64,000 bases of DNA from Pseudomonadota bacterium (GTDB lineage: Bacteria > Desulfobacterota > Desulfobacteria > Desulfobacterales > RPRI01), in contig JBDRRF010000035.1 of assembly GCA_043825875.1 (NCBI GenBank), positions 17,751 to 81,750 of the forward strand, written 5' to 3'. A model generated the notes under the pieces. The model was given only the letters and a program-made list of their open reading frames with translations. It did no database searches and was not told where the DNA came from. A program made the translations under genes and the position numbers. This document shows, piece after piece, positions 39,984 to 49,660 of this stretch (its first letter is position 1; each line of letters starts with the position of its first letter).

Positions 39984-41267
39984 TTAATTAACATGTTCTT
40001 TAATATGCCTTAATGCTTCTTTTATTGCTCCATGGTGTTTACTAACAAATTTTTTGGAGTTTTCCCCTATTTTGCCACAAAAACCGGAATCTTCAAGAAG
40101 CTTTTTTATATTTTCAAAAAGTTCGGTTTCGTTATTTACCTGAATGGCGCCTTCATCTTTTAATATAAGATCGGACATAAGAACAAAATTATGCATATAT
40201 GGGCCAAAAAGCACCGGGCATCCAAAACTTGCAGGTTCAAGCGGGTTATGGCCTCCTAAAGGAACCATGCTTCCGCCGATATAAGCAATTTTGCCAATAC
40301 CGTAGATTCTGTTTAATTCTCCTATAGTATTTAAAATCATAATTTTGTAAGTTTCTTTATTGTTATGCAAATCAGTTTTAAGAATACTTTTTATGCCCAT
40401 CTCCTGAGCCATTTTAAGTATTGCGCCCGATTCTTCTATATTTCTGGGAGCAAGAATAAGGCGCAGTCCGGCAAATTGAGGTAAAAGCCTTGAAAAAACA
40501 TTAAGTATTATTTTATCTTCTTCTTTGTGAATACTTCCTGCAACCCATATAACATCTTTTGCAGATAGAGATAATTTCTTAAACCATTCATCCCGTTCCT
40601 GTGTCTGCATCGGGACCCATTGCCTGTCGAATTTAATATTTCCTGTAGTTATAATTTTATTTTTATCAATGCCTGTTTCAATAAGCCTTTTTGAGTCATG
40701 TTCCGATTGCATCATACATAATGCAAATTTATCGAAAACGGGTTTAATAAAAAAAGATAATCTCTTGTATGCCTTGAAAGTACGCGGCGAAATACGTCCG
40801 TTTACAAGAAAACAATTTATATTTCTTTTCGAAAGATTATTTAAAAGACCAGGCCAAATATCTGTTTCAATAAGCACAAAAAAATATGGATTGATATGAT
40901 TTCTTATTCTGTTAATGCTCCACCAGAAATCAAGAGGCATAGGTAAAATTTTAACTTTTTTATTCAGCTCTTTTCTTGCAATCAAAAGTCCTTTTGATGT
41001 TGTTACCGAAAAAACAATCTCTTTGCCGGGATATTCCAGTTTTATCGCATCAATAAGGGGTATAGCCGAAATAACCTCACCTACAGAAAGAGCGTGAATC
41101 CATATCCTGCTGGCTTTTGGAGATTCTTTGGGAAGTGACAGGCCCAGTCTTTCAGTAATCCTTTTATTTCCCAGGATTGAAAAAAGCATGATAAACGGTG
41201 CGCCGCAGATAATAATTATTGTATATATAATTTGGTATAATAAATGCGTTTTATATGATTTTTTCAT
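39984..41267 (-). CDS. waaA: 3-deoxy-D-manno-octulosonic acid transferase
   Basis: IWIHALSVGE, ETDIWP, NGRIS, TGNIKFD, GGHNPLEPA. Confidence 0.95.
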   Translation of the reverse strand: MKKSYKTHLLYQIIYTIIIICGAPFIMLFSILGNKRITERLGLSLPKESPKASRIWIHALSVGEVISAIPLIDAIKLEYPGKEIVFSVTTSKGLLIARKELNKKVKILPMPLDFWWSINRIRNHINPYFFVLIETDIWPGLLNNLSKRNINCFLVNGRISPRTFKAYKRLSFFIKPVFDKFALCMMQSEHDSKRLIETGIDKNKIITTGNIKFDRQWVPMQTQERDEWFKKLSLSAKDVIWVAGSIHKEEDKIILNVFSRLLPQFAGLRLILAPRNIEESGAILKMAQEMGIKSILKTDLHNNKETYKIMILNTIGELNRIYGIGKIAYIGGSMVPLGGHNPLEPASFGCPVLFGPYMHNFVLMSDLILKDEGAIQVNNETELFENIKKLLEDSGFCGKIGENSKKFVSKHHGAIKEALRHIKEHVN

Positions 41268-41494
41268 AATATATTTTCAACAATAAATTAGTATGCTACC
41301 GATTTTATGGTAATATATTTGGCGCCATTTACCAAAGCCGCCGTGTGTGTTTACTGACAGAATCAACAGATTAAAAAAATTCAATTTGATTCTATTGGGG
41401 GTTCCCAATCTTGGCAAGTAAATTTTTTAATGATAATAAAAAACTTGTCGGAAAGGTATTTGGTGGTACAATATTTTGGCAGGTAAATATCATA

Positions 41495-41626
41495 GATGGT
41501 CTCGTAAAAAGTCGGAATATACCTGTTTCGTCATGCCGGACCCGATCCGGCATCCAGCAATTTCAATAGGATCTGGATACCGGCTTTCGCCGGTATGACG
41601 GTCTGGGGACTTTTTGCGAATTCATC
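41495..41626. mobile_element. MITE/REP-like element (132 bp): imperfect terminal inverted repeats enclosing a paired-hairpin core
   Basis: GATGGTCTCGTAAAAAGTC / GACTTTTTGCGAATTCATC (15 of 19 complementary); core CGTCATGCCGGACCCGATCCGGCATCCAG...CTGGATACCGGCTTTCGCCGGTATGACG; flanks ATCATA/ATCATT. Confidence 0.75.
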
Positions 41627-41705
41627 ATCATTAAGAGTATTCACAAAAATGAAATATCAATGAGATAGTATAGGAAGGCTAACCTCAGTCAGGAGATAAT
41701 CAGAA

Positions 41706-42821
41706 ATGCATAAAAGCAGGGGCATTCACATGCGTTACATAGGTTTTGTTCTTCTCGCTTTGATTTTGGGAGCCAGCACAAAAGCTATCGCACTTGAACC
41801 CAAAGAAGTTGTGGTGATAGCAAATTTAAAGAGCAAAGCCAGTGTAGAACTTGCAAAGTACTACATGAAAGGCCGCAAAATACCTGCTGCAAATCTTATT
41901 ATCATCTCTTGCACCTTAAAGGAGCGTTGTTCAAGAAATACTTATGAGAAAGAAATTGCAGATCCTGTTCGTAAATTTTTGTTGCGTGCTGATTTTTCAG
42001 GCAGAATCAAATGCCTGGTTTTAATGACTGGTATACCTCTAAAAGTGGAACCGGAGAAGCGTTCTCAACCGGAAATTTCTGAGCTTGCCTCGGTAGATTC
42101 GGAAATTTCTTTTTTACGTATTAAAGGATTAAGACTTGAAGGTTGGCTTCCTAATCCTCATTTTACCGGTTATGATCAGGCCAATATTTTGCAATTTCGT
42201 TCCGATGTTCTAATGGTGAGTCGTCTTGACGGCCCTGATGCCAAAACAGCAAAAAGAATTATTGATGATGCGCTCCGCGTTGAAAAACATGGTCTTAAGG
42301 GAATTGCATACTTTGATGCCCGTTATCCACTTTTGGGCAAGGACCTAAACACTTACGAAAAATACGATCTTTCCATAAGAAAGGCTTCGGAGATAGTGAG
42401 AAAAAGCGGGCTAATGAAAGATGTCGTTTTGGATACCCGGTCAAATCTTTTTCAAAAGGGGCAGTGTCCCGATGCGGCACTTTATTGCGGCTGGTACAGT
42501 CTGGCCAAATATGTAGATGCTTTCAAGTGGAATGCCGGGTCTGTCGGTTTTCATATAGCAAGTTCCGAGTGTGTGAGCCTCAAGAATCCGGCAAAACCTT
42601 ATTGGTGTCCAAACATGTTAAAACATGGTGTTTGCGCTACGCTGGGGCCGGTTGCGGAGCCTTACCTTTACGCATTTCCTGACCCGGAGTTGTTTTTCAA
42701 ATACCTGGTTGAAGAAAAAAAGACCCTGGTGGAAAGTTATTTTATGAGCCAGCCCTTTGTCTCCTGGCGAATGGTACTTATCGGCGATCCATTATATGAG
42801 CCGTTTAAAAACAGGGAATAA
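41706..42821 (+). CDS. TIGR03790 family exported protein
   Basis: Signal peptide; ASVDSE, MVSRLDG, LYCGWYS, GFHIAS.E, GPVAEPYL.AFP, SW.MVLIGDPLY; start may be 41730. Confidence 0.85.
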   Translation: MHKSRGIHMRYIGFVLLALILGASTKAIALEPKEVVVIANLKSKASVELAKYYMKGRKIPAANLIIISCTLKERCSRNTYEKEIADPVRKFLLRADFSGRIKCLVLMTGIPLKVEPEKRSQPEISELASVDSEISFLRIKGLRLEGWLPNPHFTGYDQANILQFRSDVLMVSRLDGPDAKTAKRIIDDALRVEKHGLKGIAYFDARYPLLGKDLNTYEKYDLSIRKASEIVRKSGLMKDVVLDTRSNLFQKGQCPDAALYCGWYSLAKYVDAFKWNAGSVGFHIASSECVSLKNPAKPYWCPNMLKHGVCATLGPVAEPYLYAFPDPELFFKYLVEEKKTLVESYFMSQPFVSWRMVLIGDPLYEPFKNRE

Positions 42822-42823
42822 AC

Positions 42824-42946
42824 ATGCACTCCATTGTACGAATGGGGGCGGTACTGGCATCCGCAGTTTTTGATGCCACCGGCGCAAAGTTATTTCAGCT
42901 TCCTATGACCCATGAACGGGCCAAAAAGGGACTTGAAAAATCTTAA
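42824..42946 (+). pseudogene. C-terminal remnant of a xanthine dehydrogenase-family molybdopterin-binding subunit
   Basis: Translates MHSIVRMGAVLASAVFDATGAKLFQLPMTHERAKKGLEKS*, matching the family C-terminal consensus (A-I-A-N-A-I-F-D-A-T-G-x-R-x-x-x-L-P-x-T-P-E-R-V). Confidence 0.75.
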
Positions 42947-43064
42947 TTTTAAGGTAACTTCAGACCGTAGTATTATAAACGCCGACAAGAATTATTTACT
43001 TCCGGAACCTGTTGCTTTAGGTATGCTTTTTTGCTTCAGCAACCAGGTTTTATGGAATACCTTT

Positions 43065-44933
43065 ATGATAAATGCAAACGTTTTGCCAATTATAGCCGGA
43101 ATACTTACAGCCTGTATTTTATGCCAATGGATAGCATGGCGATTCAAACTGCCTGCTATCATCTTCTTGCTCTTTACAGGGATCATAGCAGGGCCGATTT
43201 TAGGTCTTTTAAATCCTGAAAATATACTAGGAGATCTCTTTTTTCCCTTTGTATCTCTTTCTGTTGCAGTCATTCTTTTCGAAGGAAGCCTGGCGCTTAG
43301 ATTCAAAGAAATACTAGGTTTGGAGGTCGTTGTTCGGAACATGGTTTCATTTGGTATGACTGTTACATGGCTTATCACTGCCCTGGCGACACATTATGCT
43401 ATCGGACTGTCTTGGGAAATATCGTTTCTATTCGGGGCCATAACGGTGGTGACTGGTCCCACGGTCATTGCACCTATGTTGCGTACCATACGACCAACAC
43501 AAGCTGTTTCAAATATACTTCGGTGGGAGGGTATCATTATCGACCCCATAGGCGCGTCCCTCGCAGTTTTGGTTTATGAGTTCATCATATCCAGCGGAGG
43601 ACAGACTGCATGGTCCCACACAATGTTGACCTTCGCGAAAATTATCTCTGTTGGAACGATAATAGGCATTTGCTGTGGTTATTTTTTTGGCCTCTCAATA
43701 AGATATCATTGGTTACCGGAGTTTCTCCATAATGTCACAGCACTAACACTCGTAATTACAACCTTTATAATATCAAACATTATTCAGATAGAATCCGGCC
43801 TTGTAACGGTTACGATTATGGGGATTTGGCTGGCAAATATGAAAGATGTAGATTTGGAAGGAATCCTTGATTTCAAAGAAAGTATCAGTATATTATTGAT
43901 TTCTCTTCTTTTTATTATGTTGGCTGCACGTCTTGATATTCAATCATTAAAAAACCTGGGTTGGGGAGTTGTATTCATATTAATCGCCATCCAGTTTCTT
44001 GCGCGCCCGCTTAATGTCATGGTGTCCACTATGCGATCGAAGTTGACATGGCCGGAGCGCCACATTCTTGCCTGGATTGCTCCTCGCGGCATCATCGCAG
44101 CCGCAATATCAGCCCTGTTTGCAGTCCAGCTTGAAAACGCCGGATTTTCCGATGCTCACCTTCTTGTTCCACTAACCTTTTCCGTTATCATCGTAACTGT
44201 TCTCCTGCAAAGCATCACAGCACGGCCTATTGCTCAGTGGCTTAAGGTAGCCGAGCCCGAGCCGGCAGGGTTTCTCATTATTGGTGCGAATCTTGTGGCC
44301 CGGGCTATTGCTAAGGTTTTAGTTCAAAATAATATGAACGTCTTGTTAGTTGATCCCGAATGGGAAAAAATATCCAAGGCTAAAAAAGAAGGATTGGCGA
44401 CATATTTCGGCAACCCAATTTCAGAGCATGCCGACCGCCATTTAGACCTTATCGGTATCGGTCGAATGTTAGCCCTTTCTCCCTCTGAGAGTATAAATAT
44501 TTCTGCGGTTATGCACTACAGGATGGAGCTTGGGCGAAACAATGTATTTATTATTCAATCTGAACCACAGGAAAGTGTGTCGGAAAGATTGAAAATGCCA
44601 ATTCAAAGATTTGGGAAAACACTTTTCGGGAAAAATTTAACCTATTCCTCCATGGTCTCAGCGTTGTCTAATGGTGGAAAAATTCGCACAACAACTCTTA
44701 CGGAACGTTTTGGGTTTAATGATTTTATTGAAAATCATGGTCAATTTGCTATCCCACTTTTCGCCATTGATCCTAAAGGGAAAGTTCATATTTATTGTGA
44801 AGGTCAACGTGTAGACCCTAAGCCAAAGTGGTTAATAGTTTATTTATATACGGTTAAGGATGATAAAAAAAAGAGTCAACAATTGACCCAAACTGACATT
44901 GAGAAAAGCGGCAATTTTGTCATGAAAAATTGA
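43065..44933 (+). CDS. NhaP-type (CPA1) cation:proton antiporter with C-terminal TrkA-N-like domain
   Basis: VILFEGSL, VTGPTVI, EGIIIDPIG, APRGIIAAA, IIGAN; start reassigned from 42912 to ATG 43065 because the upstream frame overlaps the Mo-subunit remnant. Confidence 0.9.
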   Translation: MINANVLPIIAGILTACILCQWIAWRFKLPAIIFLLFTGIIAGPILGLLNPENILGDLFFPFVSLSVAVILFEGSLALRFKEILGLEVVVRNMVSFGMTVTWLITALATHYAIGLSWEISFLFGAITVVTGPTVIAPMLRTIRPTQAVSNILRWEGIIIDPIGASLAVLVYEFIISSGGQTAWSHTMLTFAKIISVGTIIGICCGYFFGLSIRYHWLPEFLHNVTALTLVITTFIISNIIQIESGLVTVTIMGIWLANMKDVDLEGILDFKESISILLISLLFIMLAARLDIQSLKNLGWGVVFILIAIQFLARPLNVMVSTMRSKLTWPERHILAWIAPRGIIAAAISALFAVQLENAGFSDAHLLVPLTFSVIIVTVLLQSITARPIAQWLKVAEPEPAGFLIIGANLVARAIAKVLVQNNMNVLLVDPEWEKISKAKKEGLATYFGNPISEHADRHLDLIGIGRMLALSPSESINISAVMHYRMELGRNNVFIIQSEPQESVSERLKMPIQRFGKTLFGKNLTYSSMVSALSNGGKIRTTTLTERFGFNDFIENHGQFAIPLFAIDPKGKVHIYCEGQRVDPKPKWLIVYLYTVKDDKKKSQQLTQTDIEKSGNFVMKN

Positions 44934-44980
44934 TCTGAAAAAGGTAAAAGAAATACAAGCGGTTTGCAAAAGGAGAAAAT

Positions 44981-46045
44981 ATGTATCGTGTGATGATTCA
45001 CCCCGCATCTTACGAAAATTGTCGGAAAGCGGTTGATAGGGCATTTGAGCTTTTCCCCCAGGATATTGCCCAAAAAAAAGTTGTAATTAAACCCAATGTG
45101 CTCAGGGCTTCTGCTGCAGAAGAACATATTGTAACCAATCCGTCTTTATTGCGGGCGGTGGTTGAAAAAGTTGAGGAAATGTCTCCGGCTTCTATTGTGG
45201 TCGGCGATAATCCTGGTCTGTATGACTATGGTGACAACGAGAATAGCTTTAGAAAAACCGGATTAATGGATGCGTCAAAGGGTTATTACAAAAACCTCGG
45301 TGACACAACGCAAAACCTTTCCTTTAATTCAGATCTCATGCCCAATGTAGGAGTTTCCAAAGAAATCATGGATGCTGATATTTTTATCAGCCTGCCAAAA
45401 TTTAAAACCCATGGTCTTACCGTTTTAACCGGGGCCATTAAAAACAGCTATGGGATACTTCCCGGTGCACAAAAAGCAAGATTGCATCAAATTGCAGGCT
45501 CGCCGGAGCGTTTTCATGATGTTATTGTAGAAGTATTCCGCCTGCGTATTCCGGATCTTTTTATTATGGATGCAGTAGTAGGCATGGAAGGAAATGGTCC
45601 GGCTTCGCCTGAGCTAAGAGAAATCGGCCTTATTCTGGCTGCCGATAATGCTGTGGCCTTAGATGGAGTTGTTGCAAGAATGATGGGGCTTGATCCCAGC
45701 CGCCTGCGTTTTCTCCAAAAAGCAAAAGCCATGGGCCTTGGTGATTTTGATTCTAAAATGATTAAAATCGATGGAAAAATGCGAATTCTACCTGATTTCA
45801 AACTTCCACCCTTAGGCGGTGAGGCTTTAGATAATCCTGCTGTTCAAGAATTGATGCAAACAAAGTCTCAGGTTAGACCCCAGGCCGATCCGGAGTTGTG
45901 TACGGCGTGTGGCTCCTGTATAGATCATTGTCCGGTTTCGGCTCTCACAATGGAAGAAAATTTACCTGTAGTTGATGTTGATATCTGTATTACTTGTTTT
46001 TGCTGTCAGGAGATTTGCCCTGAAAAGGCGATGGCTCTTAGATAA
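44981..46045 (+). CDS. DUF362 domain protein with C-terminal 2x[4Fe-4S] ferredoxin
   Basis: IKPN, PKFKTH...TGAIKN, DAVVGMEGNGP; CTACGSCIDHCP and CITCFCCQEICP. Confidence 0.9.
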   Translation: MYRVMIHPASYENCRKAVDRAFELFPQDIAQKKVVIKPNVLRASAAEEHIVTNPSLLRAVVEKVEEMSPASIVVGDNPGLYDYGDNENSFRKTGLMDASKGYYKNLGDTTQNLSFNSDLMPNVGVSKEIMDADIFISLPKFKTHGLTVLTGAIKNSYGILPGAQKARLHQIAGSPERFHDVIVEVFRLRIPDLFIMDAVVGMEGNGPASPELREIGLILAADNAVALDGVVARMMGLDPSRLRFLQKAKAMGLGDFDSKMIKIDGKMRILPDFKLPPLGGEALDNPAVQELMQTKSQVRPQADPELCTACGSCIDHCPVSALTMEENLPVVDVDICITCFCCQEICPEKAMALR

Positions 46046-46061
46046 AAGGAGGGTACTGTCC

Positions 46062-46891
46062 ATGTTCCATTGGCTCAGAAACTATCGCCGTTCTAAAATA
46101 CGAAAGCAACCATTCCCCACTGAGTGGGAGATCTTCATGCGCGCAAACGTGGCTCATTATTGTGTGCTTGATGAAAATGAACGCACCGAGCTGCGTGCAT
46201 TGATGCAGGTATTATTGAAGGAGAAGTACTGGGAAGGATGTGGCGGCCTTGAACTTACAGATGAGATCCGTATCACCATCGCAGCCCACAGGCATGTCTG
46301 CTGCTGCTTGGAATTCCTCACAACTACTATCGCAACGTGCAGTCAATTCTCGTTTATCCATCCACTGTTGTACCTCCACAGCGGCGTCCCGGCTTTTTCG
46401 AAATAGCAAACAGTCCGGTGGATAGCCCCGTTCCTCTGATGGGTCAGGCATTTACCCAGGGTCCGGTGATCCTTGTGTGGGATGCTGTCTTACACGGAGC
46501 ACGCCACCCAGAGCAGGGTCATAATGTTGTTTACCATGAGTTTGCTCACAAGTTAGACATGCTCGATGGAGCTGCAGACGGTACCCCGCCCTTTGCTGAT
46601 CGCAAACAATTGGCTGAATGGGTGGCCGTGTGCTCCGGCGAATTCTTACGTTTGCGCCATCTCGCAGAGAAAGGCCATAAAACTTTTCTCGATTCTTATG
46701 GGGCAAAAAACGAGGCCGAGTTTTTCGCTGTGGCAACAGAAGAATTCTTCGACCGTCCTGTTGCCCTTAATGAAAATTCCCCCGATCTCTATCGGGTTCT
46801 TAGCGCTTATTACCGACAGGACCCGGCAGGGCGTGTAAATCGTAGCTGTCCTATAGAGGAGATAGCAAATCCAATGCATTACGATAGCTGA
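46062..46891 (+). pseudogene. mtfA: MtfA/peptidase M90 family zinc metallopeptidase, frameshifted
   Basis: MFHWLRNYRRSKIRK...GCGGLELTDEIRITIAA then an extra CA at 46287-46288; removing it restores IAAQACLLLLG...ILVYP...NVVYHEFAHKLD...AEFFAVATEEFF. Confidence 0.85.
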
Positions 46892-46993
46892 AAAATACAG
46901 AAGAGAAAAAGTTTCACGATACTGTTATAATAAAAACTACAAAATAAAACAAAAACAATCCCTTCTTTATTGGGCATATGATTCGAGGAAATT

Positions 46994-47110
46994 ATGAATG
47001 AAAAACCAATTGTTGGAATAAGCGCTTGTCTGCTGGGGGAAAAAGTCAGATATGACGGTGGTCATACGCTTGACCGTTATTTACACGATGTGCTTAGAAA
47101 TCATGTTTAA
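46994..47110 (+). pseudogene. N-terminal fragment of a DUF523 (YbgA/2-thiouracil desulfurase-like) protein
   Basis: MNEKPIVGISACLLGEKVRYDGGHTLDRYLHDVLRNHV*; SxCLLGxxVRYDGGH motif present but stops before the expected VCPE; GAGG RBS; overlaps the cruF 3' end. Confidence 0.8.
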
Positions 47111-47740
47111 TATCAAGAAGTAGACAAATTGCACGAAATAGTAATAAGCAGCAAGTTTTGAAATTGTATTCTTAGCAAAATATTCAGAGCATAATGCATA
47201 GACTCCAGCAGTGAGACCCCATGCAACATAATTTTGTATCGGTATCGGCATCATGCTCCATCTCCAGTAGCCGAATGAAACCGCAACAGGTTCCATTATA
47301 TAATCAAACAGAACCGCTAATGCTGCTGTAATAAACACGCGTAACAAAAAAGAAGATGAAGATTTGTGTGCTATTGAATTGGCACCTATTAAAACCATTA
47401 CCCAGTTAAAACTGATTATAATAGGCACTCCAAATAGCTTATATCCTAAAACGGACCCGTAAACATATTCACCAAAAATTGAACCGGTTGCAACCCCTAT
47501 TACTTCTATACAAAAAGTGATTAGAGCTGATAGTAAAATAAATATCAGAGACTTATTATCTTTTTTCTTTAATACTGACTCATACAATACAATAAAACCT
47601 GTAATTAAAAGCACAGGTGTCGTCAATATAAACATGAGAGGCCGTGTCTTGGCTAAGAGGTGTCCAAATATTCCAACCAGATAGATTACAGCAAGGAACC
47701 GATAGGGATTATATTTTAAGAAATTCTTCGCCCTTTCCAT
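47081..47740 (-). CDS. cruF: carotenoid 1,2-hydratase (CruF family)
   Basis: EVIGVATGSIFGEYVYG..LG.K.FGVP....NW, FDYIMEPVA....W.W....P.QNY..W; crt operon context. Confidence 0.85.
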   Translation of the reverse strand: MERAKNFLKYNPYRFLAVIYLVGIFGHLLAKTRPLMFILTTPVLLITGFIVLYESVLKKKDNKSLIFILLSALITFCIEVIGVATGSIFGEYVYGSVLGYKLFGVPIIISFNWVMVLIGANSIAHKSSSSFLLRVFITAALAVLFDYIMEPVAVSFGYWRWSMMPIPIQNYVAWGLTAGVYALCSEYFAKNTISKLAAYYYFVQFVYFLILNMISKHIV

Positions 47741-48819
47741 TTTATATTTCCTGATTTAGATTTAATAATCGATAAAAGGGCAATGTATTCAAAATAAATC
47801 ATCTGAAGCGGATGTAAAACAATAGCAAGTAATAAACTTTGTCCTGAGATTATGGAAATAATTGCTCGTTGTGCAAAGATCACAAAGACTAACAGTAAAT
47901 ATTTAACGTTTACCATAGACAAAACAAAAGGAGCCATAAAAACTATACTTATCGTAGTAATAAACAAAAAGAATGCGATCGCATTACCGGAAAACCCGGG
48001 GTAAAAATTTTTTGTAAAACCTTTAATAGCATCGTCTAATGACTGATACATTCTGCAAAACACCCCTTTTCCTCCTAAAAGAGTCATCATTTTAAACCTG
48101 TTTTGTTTGACAAGTCGGGCAAGTTCCATATCTTCAACTATTTTGGTTTTTACTGCCTCATGACCTCCGATAGTCTCATAATCATTTTTTCTGAAAAACA
48201 TGAACTGACCGTTTGCAGCAACAAATGATTTTAATGATGATATGAAAACCAGCCGCAAGGGAAGTAATGTAAGAAGAAACCAGTTCAATAAAGGAACTAC
48301 AAGCTTTTCTCCAAATGTATTGGTAATCTGAGTCGGAAAACAAGAAACAAGGGATAAATTTCTCTGGTAAATCAGGTTAACAACTGATTTTACTACCCAT
48401 GGTGCCATGATACAATCGGCATCTAAAAAAAGGAATAAATTGCCTTTTGCATTGTTTGAGAGTTGGTGGCATGCCCAGTTTTTCCCGGTCCACCCCAAAG
48501 GAAGTTTTTGGCCATCAATAACTCTTATCTGTTTATACTGGTTTGCCATTTGTTGTGCTACTTTTAGAGAATTATCTTCAGAACAGTCATTTAATACTAT
48601 TATTTCAATATTTGAGTAGTCTTGGCTTATAATCGAAGTTAGAATAATTTTTATATTTGCTTCTTCGTTTCTCATTGGAACAAGTACTGAAACAAGATCG
48701 TGTATCTTATTGCTACTATTATTACGTATAACCGGGGCTGAAACCAGATTGATTAAAGCATTTATTATAGCTATGCAAAGTAAGCAAATAAGTATGTAAA
48801 AACATATTTCAATAATCAC
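47716..48819 (-). CDS. GT2 glycosyltransferase, hydroxycarotenoid glucosyltransferase-like (CruC/CrtQ)
   Basis: VSVLVPMRNEE, GWTGKNWAC, FLDAD, AANGQF, GGH.AV...IVED..LAR, CRMY, WKGR. Confidence 0.85.
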   Translation of the reverse strand: MIIEICFYILICLLCIAIINALINLVSAPVIRNNSSNKIHDLVSVLVPMRNEEANIKIILTSIISQDYSNIEIIVLNDCSEDNSLKVAQQMANQYKQIRVIDGQKLPLGWTGKNWACHQLSNNAKGNLFLFLDADCIMAPWVVKSVVNLIYQRNLSLVSCFPTQITNTFGEKLVVPLLNWFLLTLLPLRLVFISSLKSFVAANGQFMFFRKNDYETIGGHEAVKTKIVEDMELARLVKQNRFKMMTLLGGKGVFCRMYQSLDDAIKGFTKNFYPGFSGNAIAFFLFITTISIVFMAPFVLSMVNVKYLLLVFVIFAQRAIISIISGQSLLLAIVLHPLQMIYFEYIALLSIIKSKSGNIKWKGRRIS

Positions 48820-48826
48820 TTAAATG

Positions 48827-49489
48827 TTATCCCAATTGTATAATATCTTGAACAAAAGTACGTTTTAAAGCATCTTTTTTAGCTTCGGATATTAGTGAAT
48901 TAAATTCATCTTCAAATACTGCCGATTTCTGAACGAAATCTGTGTTGATATTAAGCTTTCCTAAACGAATAATTATTTCAGGTTTTTTTTCATCGTAAGG
49001 ATTAACCAATGCTGCAATCGGCAAAATTTGAAACTGATTGCCGCTCATACCGGCAAGCGCAAAAATTCCTTCTTTTGCCTTAACATGAGGTATAAATTGA
49101 GATTGAAGGATACCCTGCGGATAAATAACAACCATGTTTTTTGAGTCATTTAAAAGCGCCCGTGCATATCGCAAAGAATTTGCCGCATCATTTATGTTGT
49201 TAGGGTTTACGGAAAATGCTCCGAGTTTTTTGAAAAACTTATAACGCCTTAGTTGCTCTTCAAGCATCATAAGATAAATTGTTTTTTTTATAAAAATCCT
49301 GTTTAGATGATCAGCAATAAACCCATCCCACCAGCTTATATGGTTGGGAACAAGAAGCAAGGCTTTACTTTCGGAAATAACCGGTATGTCGCCGCAAATA
49401 TAGATATGTGAAAATGATTTTCTTAAGATCCATTTTTCATAGGGTTCAAATATGCGCCGAACCCATATATTTTGTTCAGCTTTTATCAA
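48827..49489 (-). CDS. PlsC-family acyltransferase, carotenoid glycoside acyltransferase-like (CruD)
   Basis: NHISWWDGF, LMMLEEQL, GAFSV, IYPQG. Confidence 0.83.
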   Translation of the reverse strand: MIKAEQNIWVRRIFEPYEKWILRKSFSHIYICGDIPVISESKALLLVPNHISWWDGFIADHLNRIFIKKTIYLMMLEEQLRRYKFFKKLGAFSVNPNNINDAANSLRYARALLNDSKNMVVIYPQGILQSQFIPHVKAKEGIFALAGMSGNQFQILPIAALVNPYDEKKPEIIIRLGKLNINTDFVQKSAVFEDEFNSLISEAKKDALKRTFVQDIIQLG

Positions 49490-49659
49490 GTGTAAACCTC
49501 CGGGTCATAGCCTGTGCAGCTGACTTGCCGGATAATAGCACTAACGGAATACTTCCGCCCGGATGAACACTGCCTCCGCAAAAATAAAGCCATGGATAGT
49601 GTTTCGAAAGATTTCTCTGTCGAAGAAACGCTGCTTACGGTGTATTCTCTTTTTCCCAT
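49476..49659 (-). pseudogene. crtD: internally deleted second carotenoid desaturase (CrtD-like)
   Basis: ATG directly after the crtE stop (MGKREYTV...) joined out of frame to AAFLRQRNLSKHYPWLYFCGGSVHPGGSIPLVLLSGK...*, the typical CrtD C-terminus. Confidence 0.8.
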
Positions 49660-49660
49660 G

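Noticed and set aside
43020..43035. Sigma54-like motif upstream of the antiporter
   Set aside because: GG-to-GC spacing is off by one base.
42912..43064. N-terminal extension of the antiporter in the ORF track
   Set aside because: Overlaps the Mo-subunit remnant; the hydrophobic transporter sequence begins at ATG 43065.
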